Positions 25,041 to 38,235 are shown, counted from the first letter of the stretch. The stretch is DNA of 64,000 nucleotides from Octopus bimaculoides (GCF_001194135.2 NC_068991.1:1392283-1456282); one strand, 5' to 3'. A program made the numbers and translations. The notes: generated from the letters alone by a model not told the origin.

Positions 25041-25351
25041 CGCAATTGGCGCTCCGTCGGTTACGACGATGAGTGTTCCGGTTGATCCGGTCAATTGAAG
25101 AGCCTGCTCGTGAAATTAACGTGCAAGTGGCTGAGCACTCCAAACATGCATACCCATAAGTTCGTTCTCAGGGAGATCCAGAGTGAGACTGACTGTGACA
25201 AGACTGGCCCCTTTGAATTACAAGTACAACTCAGTTTTGCCAGCTGGGTGAAGTGAAGCAAAGGAAAAAATAAAGCGTCTTGCGCAGCTAGGAATCGAAC
25301 ACATGGTCTTACCGTCGTGAGCCGAATACCCTAAACATTAAGCTACACACC
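25041..25351 (-). mobile_element. SINE family B, near full length, with central domain
   Basis: Minus-strand head TTTAGGGTATTCGGCTCACGACGGTAAG...TTCGATTCC matches 6909; body GAGTGCTCAGCCACTTGCACGTTAATTTCACGAGCAGGC. Confidence 0.85.
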
Positions 25352-25476
25352 TTCACTACCATACTGGTTATCTGAGTTCAGGGCGGGTAATTGATGTTGT
25401 GTCGTTCATCCAGTTATTTGGAAGATATTCGGTTTATCTTAGATGTTTAAACTGCGAATTAAACTTTATTTCACAG

Positions 25477-25680
25477 TCACGTGCTAGAAATGGCAACCAA
25501 AAATCACCCAAACTGCATCCTACCGTCTAAAACAGGAAGGACAGATTAGATAGAGTCCAAGAAAATGGGTTTTATGACTTAATTTTTCTAAATAAAGTTT
25601 GAAAATAAGACGAGAAGGTCATGGTATGAACGCTGTTGTTCCTAGTTCCTCTGGGTTAGTGCTAACCTTGCACTGAACAA
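25477..25680 (+). mobile_element. Interspersed repeat family D
   Basis: GTGCTAGAAATGGCAACCAAAAATCACC ... AAGACGAGAAGGTCATGG ... CACTGAACAA. Confidence 0.7.
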
Positions 25681-26529
25681 TACAGACGGCAATGCAAAAG
25701 AGTTCATAACTGAAATACTCCTGTGAATCTCTTCATTGCTTGAACATATTTATGTTCACTGGTGCTCACTTCATCCTTATAAACCTTTGTTTTCAATCTA
25801 ATTTAATTATATTCAGTTAGTTTGCAGATCCATTGAATATGACAATTTAAAAAGCTTAATTTAAGTGACATATCGCCAGTGTCAGATTTTATTAATAAAA
25901 GTGATTTGTGGCTTTCATTAACAATTAGAATTTAGATTAAAGATTTTTGGATCCGTGTCTTCAACAAAAGGTTTTCATGTCCGCAATTTTATTCTGAGAA
26001 TCAAAAGGTTCTGGAGTGAAGCTTTTAGTTTATGAATTACGCGATTATAATGATAAAATCGTGGGTGTAGGTAGAGCAGTAATAGTTATGTGTTGAAGAA
26101 ATTCTTTTGGGAATAATCTGGTCGCAGGTTCGTTTCTTTGTATGGCACATTGGGGAAATGCATCCTTTGTGAGTTGACTTAGTAAATACCAGTTCCACCT
26201 TTAAAATATTTGTGAACGTTTAAGGCACCACTCCACATTTTTATTAAGGGAAAGACAAAACAATCTTTTCTGTTCATGTAATTCTTCCTTCGGCTTCTGT
26301 TGTAGAAAATTAGAAACCATCTCTGTGGAAATAGCAACACATTGAATAATGTATATGTAGGAATTAAAATGGCGAATGTTGACGAGAGGAACGCTTTTGG
26401 ATATAATTCGGCTGGATCAGAAATATGAGGGGTTAATCAACGTCGATGACAACAAAGTTGAAGAAAAACAGTCCTGAACAAAAGGGGTTACAATAAATAC
26501 ACAACAATAACAACGAGAATGACGAGTAA

Positions 26530-26610
26530 ACGATGGGGCCCCTACATGGTCGTTCAAACTGCTAGAAATAGCAGCCATATCTCTTTCAAACAATACCCTC
26601 CCATCTTGTA
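26530..26610 (+). mobile_element. Interspersed repeat family D head
   Basis: GGGGCCCCTACATGGTCGTTCAAACTGCTAGAAATAGCAGCC. Confidence 0.7.
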
Positions 26611-27024
26611 AATGACGCCGTGTCGGCAACCAGAGCTGCGGCTGTAGTAGTAGTAGAAGTAGTAATAGTAGTAGTAGCAGCAGCAGCTTGTAAAAAATAA
26701 TTCGGTGAAAGACAGAAATCAGGTATCATGCTGTTGTTTAAAGAAATCGAATGACCAGAACGACAGAATGTAAAAATGACAGATTGACAGAATAGGATTA
26801 AGACAGTGATAAAACAACAGCAGAAGAATATTATTGCCAATAAATTCGTAAAAAACGATTGGATGAGGGAAATATTCTCTGGCGTTATTAGTTGTCAAAA
26901 GAATTTAGAAAGAAAAGGAATCGTGTTTATTTACAGCTGCTATGATGAGATTAATGGTGGCATTGAACTAACAACAAACAGTGACTTTCAGAGAAATGAA
27001 AACCATAATTCTTTGATTCAGTAC

Positions 27025-27074
27025 AGTATCTATCTATCTATCTATCTGTTTCTATCTGTCTATCCATCTATTTG

Positions 27075-27121
<47 letters not shown>

Positions 27122-27200
27122 GTTTCTATCTGTCTATCTATCTATCTATCTATCTATCCTTCCATCCATCCATCTATCTATCTATCGATCTACCTACCTC
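27025..27200. repeat. (TCTA)n/(TCTG)n/(TCCA)n compound microsatellite
   Basis: Direct reading. Confidence 0.95.
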
Positions 27201-28218
27201 TGTATTTACATTAGTAGATTATGCCAAAAGCCAATATATAAAGCAAATCCATTCATATTGACAGAGTAGACACAGCCTCCATCAGAAATTCTCATACAAC
27301 GCATAACCTATCTTATACGACAAGAACTTGCTGCACCAACTTATCGGACAGGACAAACAATTAATTAAAAAGAAAGTTAATAAAACAAAACACAACATGT
27401 ATTGCACTTAAACAGAAACTCGCCGTTAGAATACAAAAGTACCAGAAAGAAAATTATTCGCATAACGAGAAAACAGAAAGCTAACGAACTTCTAACTATG
27501 AATGTAATATAGAAATTGCAATTCAAACATGAAATTTATAAAGTTCATGAAAGAAACTGCTATACTGGTCATACGTATACAACATTCTCCCGCCGTTTGA
27601 CCATGCGTTTACAAGGAAATATCCCAGCACCGTACAAGAGGGCGAAGAATAATAACGGCCACAAAACGTTTTTGCTGGGACTTATTACGTCTTTGTTTCT
27701 AAACATATATCTCGGACAACGTTAAACGACTTGCCATTACATTTTTAGTGCTTTAGAAGGTGTTGTTTGAGAGGGGATTTCTGATATTAGTAGTATTCAA
27801 AGATATATAGTAGCTCTCACATTAGCTGAAATGACAATTAATTATACGATATTTCTAGGCTGGAGGAAACATACGTCGTTAAATCATTTCAATAGCGGAA
27901 ATATTACTAAACTGTGATATACAAACATAGCTTGATAGTATTGGTTTAGTGTTGGACATATAACTGGGCTGAGCGCATTTGTTTGTAAAGACACACACAA
28001 ATGCATACAAAGAAGCACGCAAACATACACATACACAGGTATATGAATAAGAGTATGTACTGTCTACACATGCATGTGCAACATAAAAGTATGTGCCATT
28101 GTGTGTGTGTGCGTGTGCCAAAAGAGAAAAAAAAAACGTTGTTTAATGCCACTTATTATGTAAAGGTAAAACGATCTCTGCGGGATTTCAAACCAACCAA
28201 TAGCTGAAGGCTAACTTG

Positions 28219-28246
28219 CGAGAGAGAGAGAGATAGATAGATAGAT

Positions 28247-28277
<31 letters not shown>

Positions 28278-28285
28278 CAGAGAGA

Positions 28286-28340
<55 letters not shown>
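28219..28340. repeat. (GA)n-(GATA)n-(CA)n compound microsatellite
   Basis: Direct reading. Confidence 0.95.
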
Positions 28341-29523
28341 TTATATATGTATGTATGGAAACATAAACGCATCGGTTTTCGTAAGTTCTACACATAACAT
28401 TTCTAAATTGAGCAATTTCAAACATTTTCTTTAAAAATATTTTTCTGTCGAAGCTTTTCTGATCCTTCGAGATTCCTATAACATTGATGAGGATGAATAT
28501 TATTCCTGTTTATTCTTGTATCACAAGTGGCGAACCGGACGAAAAGGCGACGGCGAAATACGTCAAGCGAGACAGAAATATGATCTTTTCCGTACAGTAT
28601 TAGTGTTTCTATAGAGACATACATACATAGTGCCACACACACATACGCACATAGATAGATATATGCAGGCGTACATATGTATGTCTATGTATCTACCCTT
28701 CTATCTACCTTCTATCTTCTATCTACCTTCTATCTACCCTTCTATCTCTACGCACACACATGAGCGTATATGTAATTTGATATTCGCTCTGTTTCACGTT
28801 TTTAATTTCATCTAGCACTTCCACACACACACACATCTTTATATGAGTGTGAATGTCTTTTAATATCTGTTTGAGCTTTTTCGTTAAAACTATCTATAGA
28901 CCTGACGGAGTTATATTAGGGTGCATATTACATGCATAGATGCATAGATGCAAACGTGTGTTTTGTGATAGACACATGCGCAGCTGCATGCCTCCACTGA
29001 AACGCACACACGCACGTGAAAACAATACATGCTAAATGAGAAATGCACGGCATGTATTATATGAAGACATGACGTCAGCAAGTTCTCGTATTCATGATGT
29101 TGGAATTATTGTAAGCTAACTAAATCCCTCGCATATTTACTGATGGTGCCACCAATATCTAGGGGCCTGAAGCTGCGTAATCTACATCATCATAGCACGT
29201 CCCTGGGACTTAATTCATTGGTCTCTATAGACGAGCTGCTAGCTTACGGGGACATAGATACACGAGCAGCGGTTTTCAAACTGTGGTGGGCAACGAACAC
29301 ACACACACACATTATATCCTGCAATCAACAGACACAATCCCAGACAAAATAAAAATCATCATTGTTCCCATTACGACTTGCATTCACGCGTACATCACAA
29401 AAAGATGCAGCAGCTTTGGTCCTTTTTTTTTTTAAATCCTCTCCTTCAAACATTTATACGTTGAAATCAACGGGAGCGACCATCATATATATCGTATATA
29501 TAAACAATATATATATATATAAA

Positions 29524-29661
29524 CAACGGGCTTCTTTGAGTTTCTATCTACGAAATCCACTTAGAAGGCTTTGGTCTGCTCGTGGCCATAGTAGAAAGAA
29601 CTTGCCAAAACTACCATGGGTTTGGAAGCAAAGTTCTGGCTCGACAGCCACTCCTGCACCT
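29524..29661 (-). mobile_element. SINE family A, internally deleted
   Basis: ACGGGCTTCTTTGAGTTTC ... ACTTGCCAAAACT joined to ACCATGG ... CAGCCACTCCTGCACCT. Confidence 0.85.
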
Positions 29662-30547
29662 ATTTATCTAATAGTGTCAGACTCTGATTAAATGCTCGTC
29701 ACAATAATCTCACAAATACCGTTGTTGTTATTGCTTAATCCTGATTAATCCCGTATAAGATCAACTTCTTGCTTCAGTAATGACCGCTCCATCCTTATTT
29801 AGAAAACAAAAAGATGCATCTAGAACACGAGAATATAAAATTCCATTTCATTTTCTCAAGACGGAAAGTGGCGCTATATGAGGAGATTTAGTTAAGGTTT
29901 ACAATCGTTTGAAGTGCCATGTGCAGGACACCTTCACTTGGTCCAGTAAGAACCATGTTTAGACACTCCGAGACGAACAAATGGCAAGTGAAACCTCAAT
30001 GTTTCTTCGTTTCAAGAAACACCAATCTCAGTAATTCATTGCATATCGGAAATAACCCTGTTTAGTGATCGATGGCTGTAATTATACAATATTGATTTAG
30101 TTGTAGGCTATAAGTAAATGCCGATATAGGGAAGACTGTGTGTTTGACAAGTTGCTTCGTAAGCACGTGGTTTAGGAGTCAGTGCCATAGCGCGCCGCCT
30201 CGGGCTAGGGCTTTCGAATATAACCCTCCACCTTATCGATCCCTTGTGAGTAAATAATTAATAACTGTACAAAACCAATCGCACACACACACAAACATCT
30301 ATATTTATGTATACCACTTTCGAAGTTGAGCAATCTTGATTCATAAAATTTTCAGTGACAACTTTAATATTATTCCTGAGAAATCTCTACGATAATCACA
30401 TGAGAATCATTTACTGTGGATTAAGCGAACATGAATTCGAATTGGAGGAGAGAGCAAATTAAAATCGTTTTTAATACATTTACAATGAACCTACATATAT
30501 ATATATATACATATATATATATATGTATTCTTTTATACGTTTCTGCC

Positions 30548-31345
30548 TTCAGGCTGTCGCCTTGCTGTGCAGCTGCAGCATCGCCGCTGTGATCACATTT
30601 TCAATGGCCTTTTGTTGAAGGAGGGAGTTCGAAGCTGCTGCCTTCATTTGAATCTCCTGCCGTGATATAGATTTATCTGGGACCTTGGATACCGGGGGTG
30701 GGGGAATTTTTTCTTGAAAAAATCTACCCTTACACCATAAAGATCTCTCAGATGTTTTAGCCCAGCGTTGAATAGCTGTAGTTCTTGAACCCCAAGCTAT
30801 TGCCATGCATGATGCTTACCCTTGACGGGATTGCTTGCTGTGACCTTTGCAACAGTGCAGTAACGTCCAGTTCGGGGCTGGTATAGCTCTCCATACCAAA
30901 GTTTAGTGCCTGCCCCGCCATGGTTTTCAATATGTATATCACTGCATATCTCTCTCGTCTTCGCTCCACGGAGTAGAGTCGCACCTATTTCAGTCTCTTC
31001 CAGTAGCTCAGGTGTTCCATTGATGCAATCTGCCTAGTGTAGTACTGCTAAACTTCCTCAATACTGACATTAATTTGTCAAAGGGTGACCACAGTTGAGA
31101 ACAGTAATGTAGGCGATTGAGTAAAAATGTTCTCCCTAGAACCAGGAAGGTTTCCTGGTCCCTTTTCCTAAAAGCTCTCAGAATTCATTCGGCCTTTCGC
31201 CTGCATATTGACGAAATCTTGGGGATATGTTCGTGAAACGAGGCATCGTTGCTCATATCAATCGCCAGATCACGCACTGTAATTGCGTGTGCTTTTATGC
31301 ACAACGAGTCCTTATGAGAGATTCTCTCAAGGCAAATTCTGTGTC
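30548..31345 (-). mobile_element. CR1-type LINE ORF2 3' fragment, decayed
   Basis: Minus strand gives ITVRDLAIDMSNDASFHEHIPKI ... YWKRLK*VRLYSVERRRERYAVIYILK ... VSKVPDK ... AAASNSLLQQ, typical of the CR1 RT C-terminal region; multiple stops and frameshifts. Confidence 0.85.
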
Positions 31346-31384
31346 CTAACACAGCCACCACATTATGTTGGAGATCAAGATTAA

Positions 31385-31425
<41 letters not shown>

Positions 31426-31903
31426 TGGTGGATTTCAATATCACGATGTTCTCCTATATATTTCATAAAATATTGATAATGTTTACTGCTGTGTCTACAG
31501 TGACAGAACTTATTCAACACATAAGCAGAATACATTTAAATTGCGTGAAGCTTCAATATTGTTTTACCTCCTGTAACTTAATACTTTATTATCGCGAGTA
31601 TATATAAGCTAAGTATGTATCTTGGGTAAATTTGAATTTCTCATATTTATGTTCTGGTTGACGACTATCTCGTCTGTGTCTTAAATAATGCAATAAGTTT
31701 ACAGAAATACAATTATGTCCCCATATATATTTATTTTAATAGATATGCATTGCATTACTACTTTTAAAATTCGCTTAGTCTTGATAATATTTTATTAATT
31801 GTGTATCGCTACAAACTTGTTTTATGAAGCAGATAGAAACACTATGGATTCCGAGTGTATGAATATAAGTAGTCGATTGTGTATACGCATACATACATAT
31901 GCA

Positions 31904-31948
<45 letters not shown>

Positions 31949-32052
31949 NNNNNNNNNNNNNNNNNNNNNNNNNNNNNNNNNNNNNNNNNNNNNNNNNNNN
32001 NNNNNNNNNNNNNNNNNNNNNNNNNNNNNNNNNNNNNNNNNNNNNNNNNNNN

Positions 32053-32105
<53 letters not shown>

Positions 32106-32152
32106 GTACATATGAACAAATTCTACATTTAAATGTGTATATATATATATAC

Positions 32153-32198
<46 letters not shown>

Positions 32199-32617
32199 TG
32201 TGTGTGTTATGTGAATTTATGGAAAGGAATCCCATAAACCTCAACAAATTTGTTAGAAATGGAGAAGTTTGTTACTAAATTGTTTTTTTAATATAATTTA
32301 GCATAAAGATAAACCTCTATGTATTTATATACATAAGAATGTCTGCTCCAGCATGGCCGCATTCTGATGTGTTAAACAAGTGAAAGAAGATTATTTATTT
32401 CAAATTAGTCAGAATTTCTTCTAAGAATTTCCAACTTTGCTTAAATACCAAGTTTTCAAAATTTGCATTCATTAAATTGTTGACGTCTTCTCGCGTCGCC
32501 ATTCTATGATAAAAGTTCCGTTTATTTTAATTAGGTGTTTGTCTTTGTAGACACGAGTGCTTTTCGAGCGACTCTAAGTTCTGAAGTTAAACTTAAAATA
32601 TGGAAAACAATTTCCTT

Positions 32618-32737
32618 CACGTGATTAATGAACACGTGACGTCATAGTTCTTGGACCATAAACTGACCCAATTACAGTGTCGCTGCCCCTATTACTGTTG
32701 TTACTGCTAAGATTCTTGGAATCTGCTGATGACGTGA
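32618..32737. promoter_or_regulatory. Cluster of E-box and CRE motifs (putative)
   Basis: CACGTG at 32618 and 32633, TGACGTCA at 32637-32644, TGACGTGA near 32729. Confidence 0.3.
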
Positions 32738-33069
32738 CTTACCTCTAATTCATTTCTATATGTGTGACTTCGCATGTTATTTTTATGGTTTTTTACTGTT
32801 CAAGTTGGATATATGTCGATAGTGAAAATTCACAACATTGTTTGTTGTATATGGTGCATAGAAAAGATGCGCCAATTGGGAAATTGTGGCCGGCGTCACG
32901 TGTCACAAATGTATGAAGAAAAAAATCTTCGCATAGAGAAGATAGGCAAAATAATGGAAATACCATTTTTTTGTTTGACTGTTTCAGTCTGTATATATGC
33001 GTTCATATGCCTTGAATTCCATGATATAGGCCTCTGTTTTACTGGTTTTTGAAGATATTCATATTAGAA

Positions 33070-33660
33070 TAAATTGACTGGAGTCAGCTAAAACTCCTGA
33101 ATTATTTAATATTTCGAGAGGTATATTCTCAAAAATCATGCTGGCTTCCAAAACGAAGGTAAAACGATTTCTGATAAGCGAGATTCTGAATGGAAGACAA
33201 CAAAACTCAGAGAGGAAAGGCAGAAGAGTGAAACGGAATGCGTCTAAAAACCATCGAATCACCGCAGCAAAAGCGACAGAAGGGCTAAACCACCACGAAC
33301 CGTTCGTCATGAGCTCTGTAAAGCTTGATATCACGAAGGGCTGCAATTGTTAAACCTCTGAAGTCTCCTATCAACATTGATAAGCGGAGAGATGATGTTT
33401 AGACAATAAGAAGTGGTCATGCTCTAATGGAAATAGGTCATCTTCTCTGATAAATCGTCATTTCACAGTTAAGGGTGAGTTTATCTCTGGAGGCAGCTAA
33501 AGAAGCCTCAAGTTTGACTTCTTGGTCTCTACTAAGAAGCATGGAGATGACTTTATGATAATTTGAGCAGCAATATCATGTGGCAACGAAAAACAATCGA
33601 AAAATAACCGAACAGAAGCTTCGGTTTTGACCTGGTGACTGATTGATTGCATGGGGTTAA
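33070..33660 (+). mobile_element. Tc1-family transposase pseudogene fragment
   Basis: KTPELFNISRGIFSKIM ... RKGRR ... NHRITAAKATEGLNHH ... VRHELCKA ... RAAIVKPL ... WK*VIFSDKSSF (first catalytic Asp motif SDES); frameshifted, no TIRs found. Confidence 0.9.
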
Positions 33661-33735
33661 ATATCTAATACTTAATTCCCTAATTATCTAGAAGCACATA
33701 TGGGTATATATGTATATATACACGCATAAACTCAT

Positions 33736-33772
<37 letters not shown>

Positions 33773-33938
33773 TGCCTGTATTAGCACTTTGATTTGAACT
33801 GAAGTGAAGATATTTTTACTCCACCACTCATATATTAATCACACTGATAAAGTTTCTACTTGTGTGACGATAGCCTGACGTTAAGTAGATATTCCATTAA
33901 TTCAAGCAATCCGTCTTAAGACACACATCTCTCTCTCT

Positions 33939-33975
<37 letters not shown>

Positions 33976-34273
33976 ACACACACACACACACACAGTATCC
34001 TTACTTCTGTCTCTTATACAATGTAGCTACTTCTCCTACGTCACTTCCCTAATGATATACTCCCCCCATTTATATATATATACATATATGTTTATATTAT
34101 ATACATATGCGTGTGTGTGTGTAGTGCCTTTTTAAGTCAGTCAGTAACTACATCTTCCCCTCCATCAACTTTGTCGCATTTTCATTTTCCACACAACTCT
34201 CACACACAAACACAAGCACACAAACACTCATACACATGCACAATCACATTCGCACACACATATTTGTGTGTGC

Positions 34274-34342
<69 letters not shown>

Positions 34343-34954
34343 GGTGTGTACGCATGTAACTATTTGCTAACTCGGGTTAAGTAGTATGCTGTTGCTAAAG
34401 TTTCACTTTTACACGCTCGTTCAGACAGCAGTTTGACGGAGTGTGATGGAGTGATGTTTTGTTCCAAAATGTAAACGCCAAAGCTAAATGTAGCAGACAG
34501 CTTAGACGGAATAAACACACCACATTATGTTATAAACGAACAACAATGTATCTGTGTGTGTATGTGTGTGTGAATGTGAGTATGTAAGTTAAACGAAGGA
34601 ACAAATGAATTGACATGAATTGATAGAGAGAGAGATAGAACTTAGGTAGATAGATGGATGGATAGAAAGATACATACATGCATGCATACATACATACATG
34701 GACCGATAAATGAAATTTTTGGAACTGCAGCCCATAGAATAAGCTATAAATAATTAATGTATTTTTCATCTTATTAGCGTAGCTATCTATTTATCTATCT
34801 ATCTATCTATCTATCTATCTGCCTGCGTGTGAGTGTTTTTTTCTGTCTGAGCCTGCGCCTCACTCTGTCTCTCACCCCCCTTCTTCTCTTCACACACACA
34901 CACACATATATATATCCTTACATATACATATTCGTGTGTATACATACATACGTA

Positions 34955-35010
<56 letters not shown>

Positions 35011-35251
35011 GGGGTGTCCTCTCATCAAATCTCTTATAAACTGACCAATTGTTGAGTCTGTGACGTACTCCATCAGCATCCTTCCCTGATAAAATCACCT
35101 CACCATATCTCTCTGCTTATAGCCACTTCTTCTTATCTCCTCCTTTAAGTTTTCCGGTTGTGATGTGGCTTGGTTAAAATAAATTAGAATCGACGACCAA
35201 CGACAGCAATCAGAGAACGGACTTATCAATAGAAGGTCGGTGATTTATTAC

Positions 35252-35336
35252 CTTGTCAGGTTGTTGCCAGAATTACATTATTAGGCATTGGGCTTGTGGT
35301 CAATGACGCTTTGGGCGTTTCGATAAATATTTGGCG
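35252..35336 (-). other. Candidate exon (85 nt)
   Basis: Very strong acceptor TTTTCCTGTTTCTTTTCAG and donor AAG/GTAATA; a stop occurs in all frames, so terminal-coding or non-coding. Confidence 0.3.
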
Positions 35337-35493
35337 CTGAAAAGAAACAGGAAAATAAATGCCCTTGGCATAAAAATTAAAATTAAAAATTGAAAAAAAA
35401 TAAATATATGAATAAATAAAATTAAGTGGAATAAGAGGAGCGTCCATGACCGTTTTGAGTGCATTCCTGATACCACAGTAAAAGGAAAAAAAT

Positions 35494-35577
35494 GACTTGG
35501 CCAAAGTGACGTGAAGTGGGATAGAACCTAAAACATCGTGGTTGCGAAGCAAGCGTCTCAACCACACTGCGTTGCCT
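35494..35577 (-). mobile_element. SINE family A head fragment
   Basis: ACTTGGCCAAAGTG ... GAACCTAAAACATCGTGGTTGCGAAGCAAG ... ACCACAC. Confidence 0.75.
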
Positions 35578-35745
35578 TTGTGTATTTCAGGCTTATAGAA
35601 AATGGTGTTTTGACGCAGTGAAGCGATTGGTCTTCGATTATTTGAATAAGTAGCGGTTGACCTCTTTATCTTCGTATTTACTGGTTGACCGTAAAAGTGA
35701 ATTGCTTTGAGTGAATCTGCTCCAATATATCGAGGTTTACTTACC

Positions 35746-35835
35746 GCCATTGGCTATTGACTCTATTAACATCATTGAAGTTAAAACTGGTATAAATGGA
35801 ATGGCCATTAATGGAACAATAGTGTCTTTGATTAC
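35746..35835 (-). other. Candidate exon (acceptor uncertain)
   Basis: Donor GCG/GTAAGT; open frame IKDTIVPLMAIPFIPVLTSMMLIESIANG; several alternative weak acceptors. Confidence 0.2.
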
Positions 35836-35929
35836 TGAAGATAATTCTTCATTAATGGTGGTTTCTATTCAATTATTTCATTGCAGTTTGGTGTTTGGAG
35901 ATGTCCGTCTCTCAGTCGATACCCTTAGC

Positions 35930-36010
35930 TTGAATCGTTGTTGTTTAGCCCCGGGTCAGTCCTGATCCAGCTGACCTCTAATCAAAAGCGTTCTAACCAT
36001 ATCTGTCCCA
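35930..36010 (-). mobile_element. Interspersed repeat family D tail
   Basis: TTGTTGTTTAGCCCCGGGTCAGTCCTGATC...ATCAAAAGCGTTC; same tail at 47118-47180 (-), 38255-38320 (+), 61280-61345 (+). Confidence 0.75.
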
Positions 36011-36404
36011 ACGGATAATGTGTAAGGGTTGTTCCACATATTTTTATTTTGTTTTCATCCCCAATAACTTATTGCAGTGGAGTATATTGTTATTGAATAT
36101 GTCTGTATTGAAGCTAGATCCATAATTGTCTTTCTGATGTTATTTGCTAGCGAGATGCACAATCTACGTTGGATGGTTAGGGTTTTAATTTATTTTAACT
36201 ATATCTTTAGTTGCGTTTGCATAAAGTTATGATTTGCGTGTAGTTAAGTCTAGAGTGATATTTAAGATAATTGCATCTTGAGATGACGCTGTAAACTTCA
36301 GCTCAACTTAGAATGAAAAATCTTTCAGCGAAAGAATGCTTAATATTCTCGGGTGTTACGTATTATTTAAGCCTATATAATCCAGTAGTCTCAATCCATC
36401 GTAC

Positions 36405-36507
36405 GCTTTAAGAGCGCAATTGATCCTTCGATAACTTTGGCAGAGTCCTGAATTGTGGAAAAATTGGGGCCAAATTCTTGACATCTCAGTAACATTCGTC
36501 TATTAGG
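36405..36507 (-). other. Candidate exon (103 nt)
   Basis: Acceptor TTTCTTTTTCTTTTCAATTCCTCCAG; one frame open (PNRRMLLRCQEFGPNFSTIQDSAKVIEGSIALLK); weak donor GTACGA. Confidence 0.2.
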
Positions 36508-36929
36508 CTGGAGGAATTGAAAAGAAAAAGAAATCCATGGGCAATGATACTCTCCTTCTGACTAATCCATGCATACATCTGAACTAACGAAGAGAAAAAA
36601 CACAGATATACTAATAGTTTTGCCAGAAGCCCAGCTCAAGTCTTTCTACTACTGCTGTGGTAGTTACTACTTACATACAATCTGTACTACAATTTATATA
36701 TACACATATATACAATTTATACCTACACATATTATGTATGGACTACAGCTTAGTAATTCGTATTTCAATTAGTCTCTCTTCATGTTTATTCATTAATATT
36801 CTATTATTTTGCATATTTCTTTAATATTCTATTGTTATCCAAACTAATTACTTCATATTTTCAGTTAGTTTCCATTTAAATAATGGACTATTAGAACTTC
36901 TGTTTGATTTCAATATTGGAGCGAATGAT

Positions 36930-36969
<40 letters not shown>

Positions 36970-37276
36970 NNNNNNNNNNNNNNNNNNNNNNNNNNNNNNN
37001 NNNNNNNNNNNNNNNNNNNNNNNNNNNNNNNNNNNNNNNNNNNNNNNNNNNNNNNNACACACACACGCACGCATACAACATGAGAAGTATATGCTTACAG
37101 GTGTATTTATGAATGTATGTCTTTTGCTGAAATGTTGAAAATAATTTGAAAATATTCATGTTTAAATCTATTCGACCACAGACAAAATACTTGTAAGATG
37201 TATAAAGAAATGTAGTTACGTAAGCAATAATAGCAATAATAATAACAATAATAATAATAACAATAATAATAATAAT

Positions 37277-37482
37277 CCTTTCTACTAAAGGGTCAAGGCC
37301 TGAAACTTGTGGAAAGAAGACTAGTCGATTACATCATGCCCAGTGGTACTTAATTTATCGACCCCAAAAGGATGAAAGGCAAATTCGACCTCGACAGAAT
37401 TTGAACTCAGAACGCAAAGAAGGACGAAATGCCGCTCAGCACTTCGCCCGGTGTGCTAACGATTCTGCCAGCTCGCTGCATT
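37277..37482 (-). mobile_element. SINE family C, full length, preceded on the plus strand by an (AAT)n tail
   Basis: Minus-strand head GCGAGCTGGCAGAATCGTTAGCACACCGGGCGAA ... GTTCTGAGTTCAAATTC ... GGCCTTGACCCTTTAGTAGAAAGG. Confidence 0.95.
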
Positions 37483-37689
37483 AACAAGAATAGCAACAAC
37501 AAAAATAACGATCTCATCTTCTTCGCCCGCATCATCCTGGGAGGGGCGCAGAGTCTTTAATCAAGCCTTCCAATGAAACTGTCCAATGATTCTTTACCGA
37601 AACATTCTTACAACATGCCCGTAGTATCGGAGATACGTTCTGTCACTTTGCTTTATTAGCTTTGATTTCTTCTTCTTTCTATTATTATT

Positions 37690-38235
37690 ATATGAAAACT
37701 CACAGCTTATTTTGCTGGGTATGATTGAAAGTGTCAGCTGTCCACAGCCAGCAGACTAAGGTGACAATTGTTTACTGGTCATGCTTCAAGAACCCTGCGT
37801 AGAATTCTTACAGTTCCAAGCAATATTGATTTTTGTAAGTGTTCTACCTTCACACATGCACCGATCTTTTTCAGCCGTGTGGGTAGTTGAGTGTTGATAC
37901 ATCCAAGTGCACCAATTACTATTGGTATCACGTCTATTGGTATCACCACAACCTTCACATTTTCCACTTTAAATCGTCATAGTTGTTTGTTTTTTTCTCC
38001 TTTCACATTGATCCTGTTGGCACCGGGACATGCTACGTCGCTAAACAAAAATGTTCTTTCTTTTTATTCACCACAACAATGTCCGGCTTCCGATGTCAGA
38101 TCAGGTGAAAGCACCAGATCATTACATCCCAGAAGGATTTTGCAATTCTCATTCTCGGTGACTCCTGGGGTTTTGCTCGTATCACATCTTTGCTCACGCC
38201 ACATCATTCTACGTACATTATATCTAACTATATAT
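37690..38235 (-). mobile_element. R4/Dong-type non-LTR retrotransposon 3' fragment (restriction-like endonuclease)
   Basis: ENENCKILLG/WDVM ... HRKPDIVVVNKKERTFLFSDVACPG ... VIPIVIGALGCI ... LQKSILLGTVRILRRVLEA*, followed by a 3' UTR and AAT tail. Confidence 0.9.

Noticed and set aside
29267-29290. hAT MITE starting CAGCGGTTTTCAAACTGTG
   Set aside because: Only one TIR-like end was found.
35256-35750. 164-aa minus-strand ORF as one CDS
   Set aside because: It runs through a SINE head and a polypyrimidine tract; chance opening is more likely.
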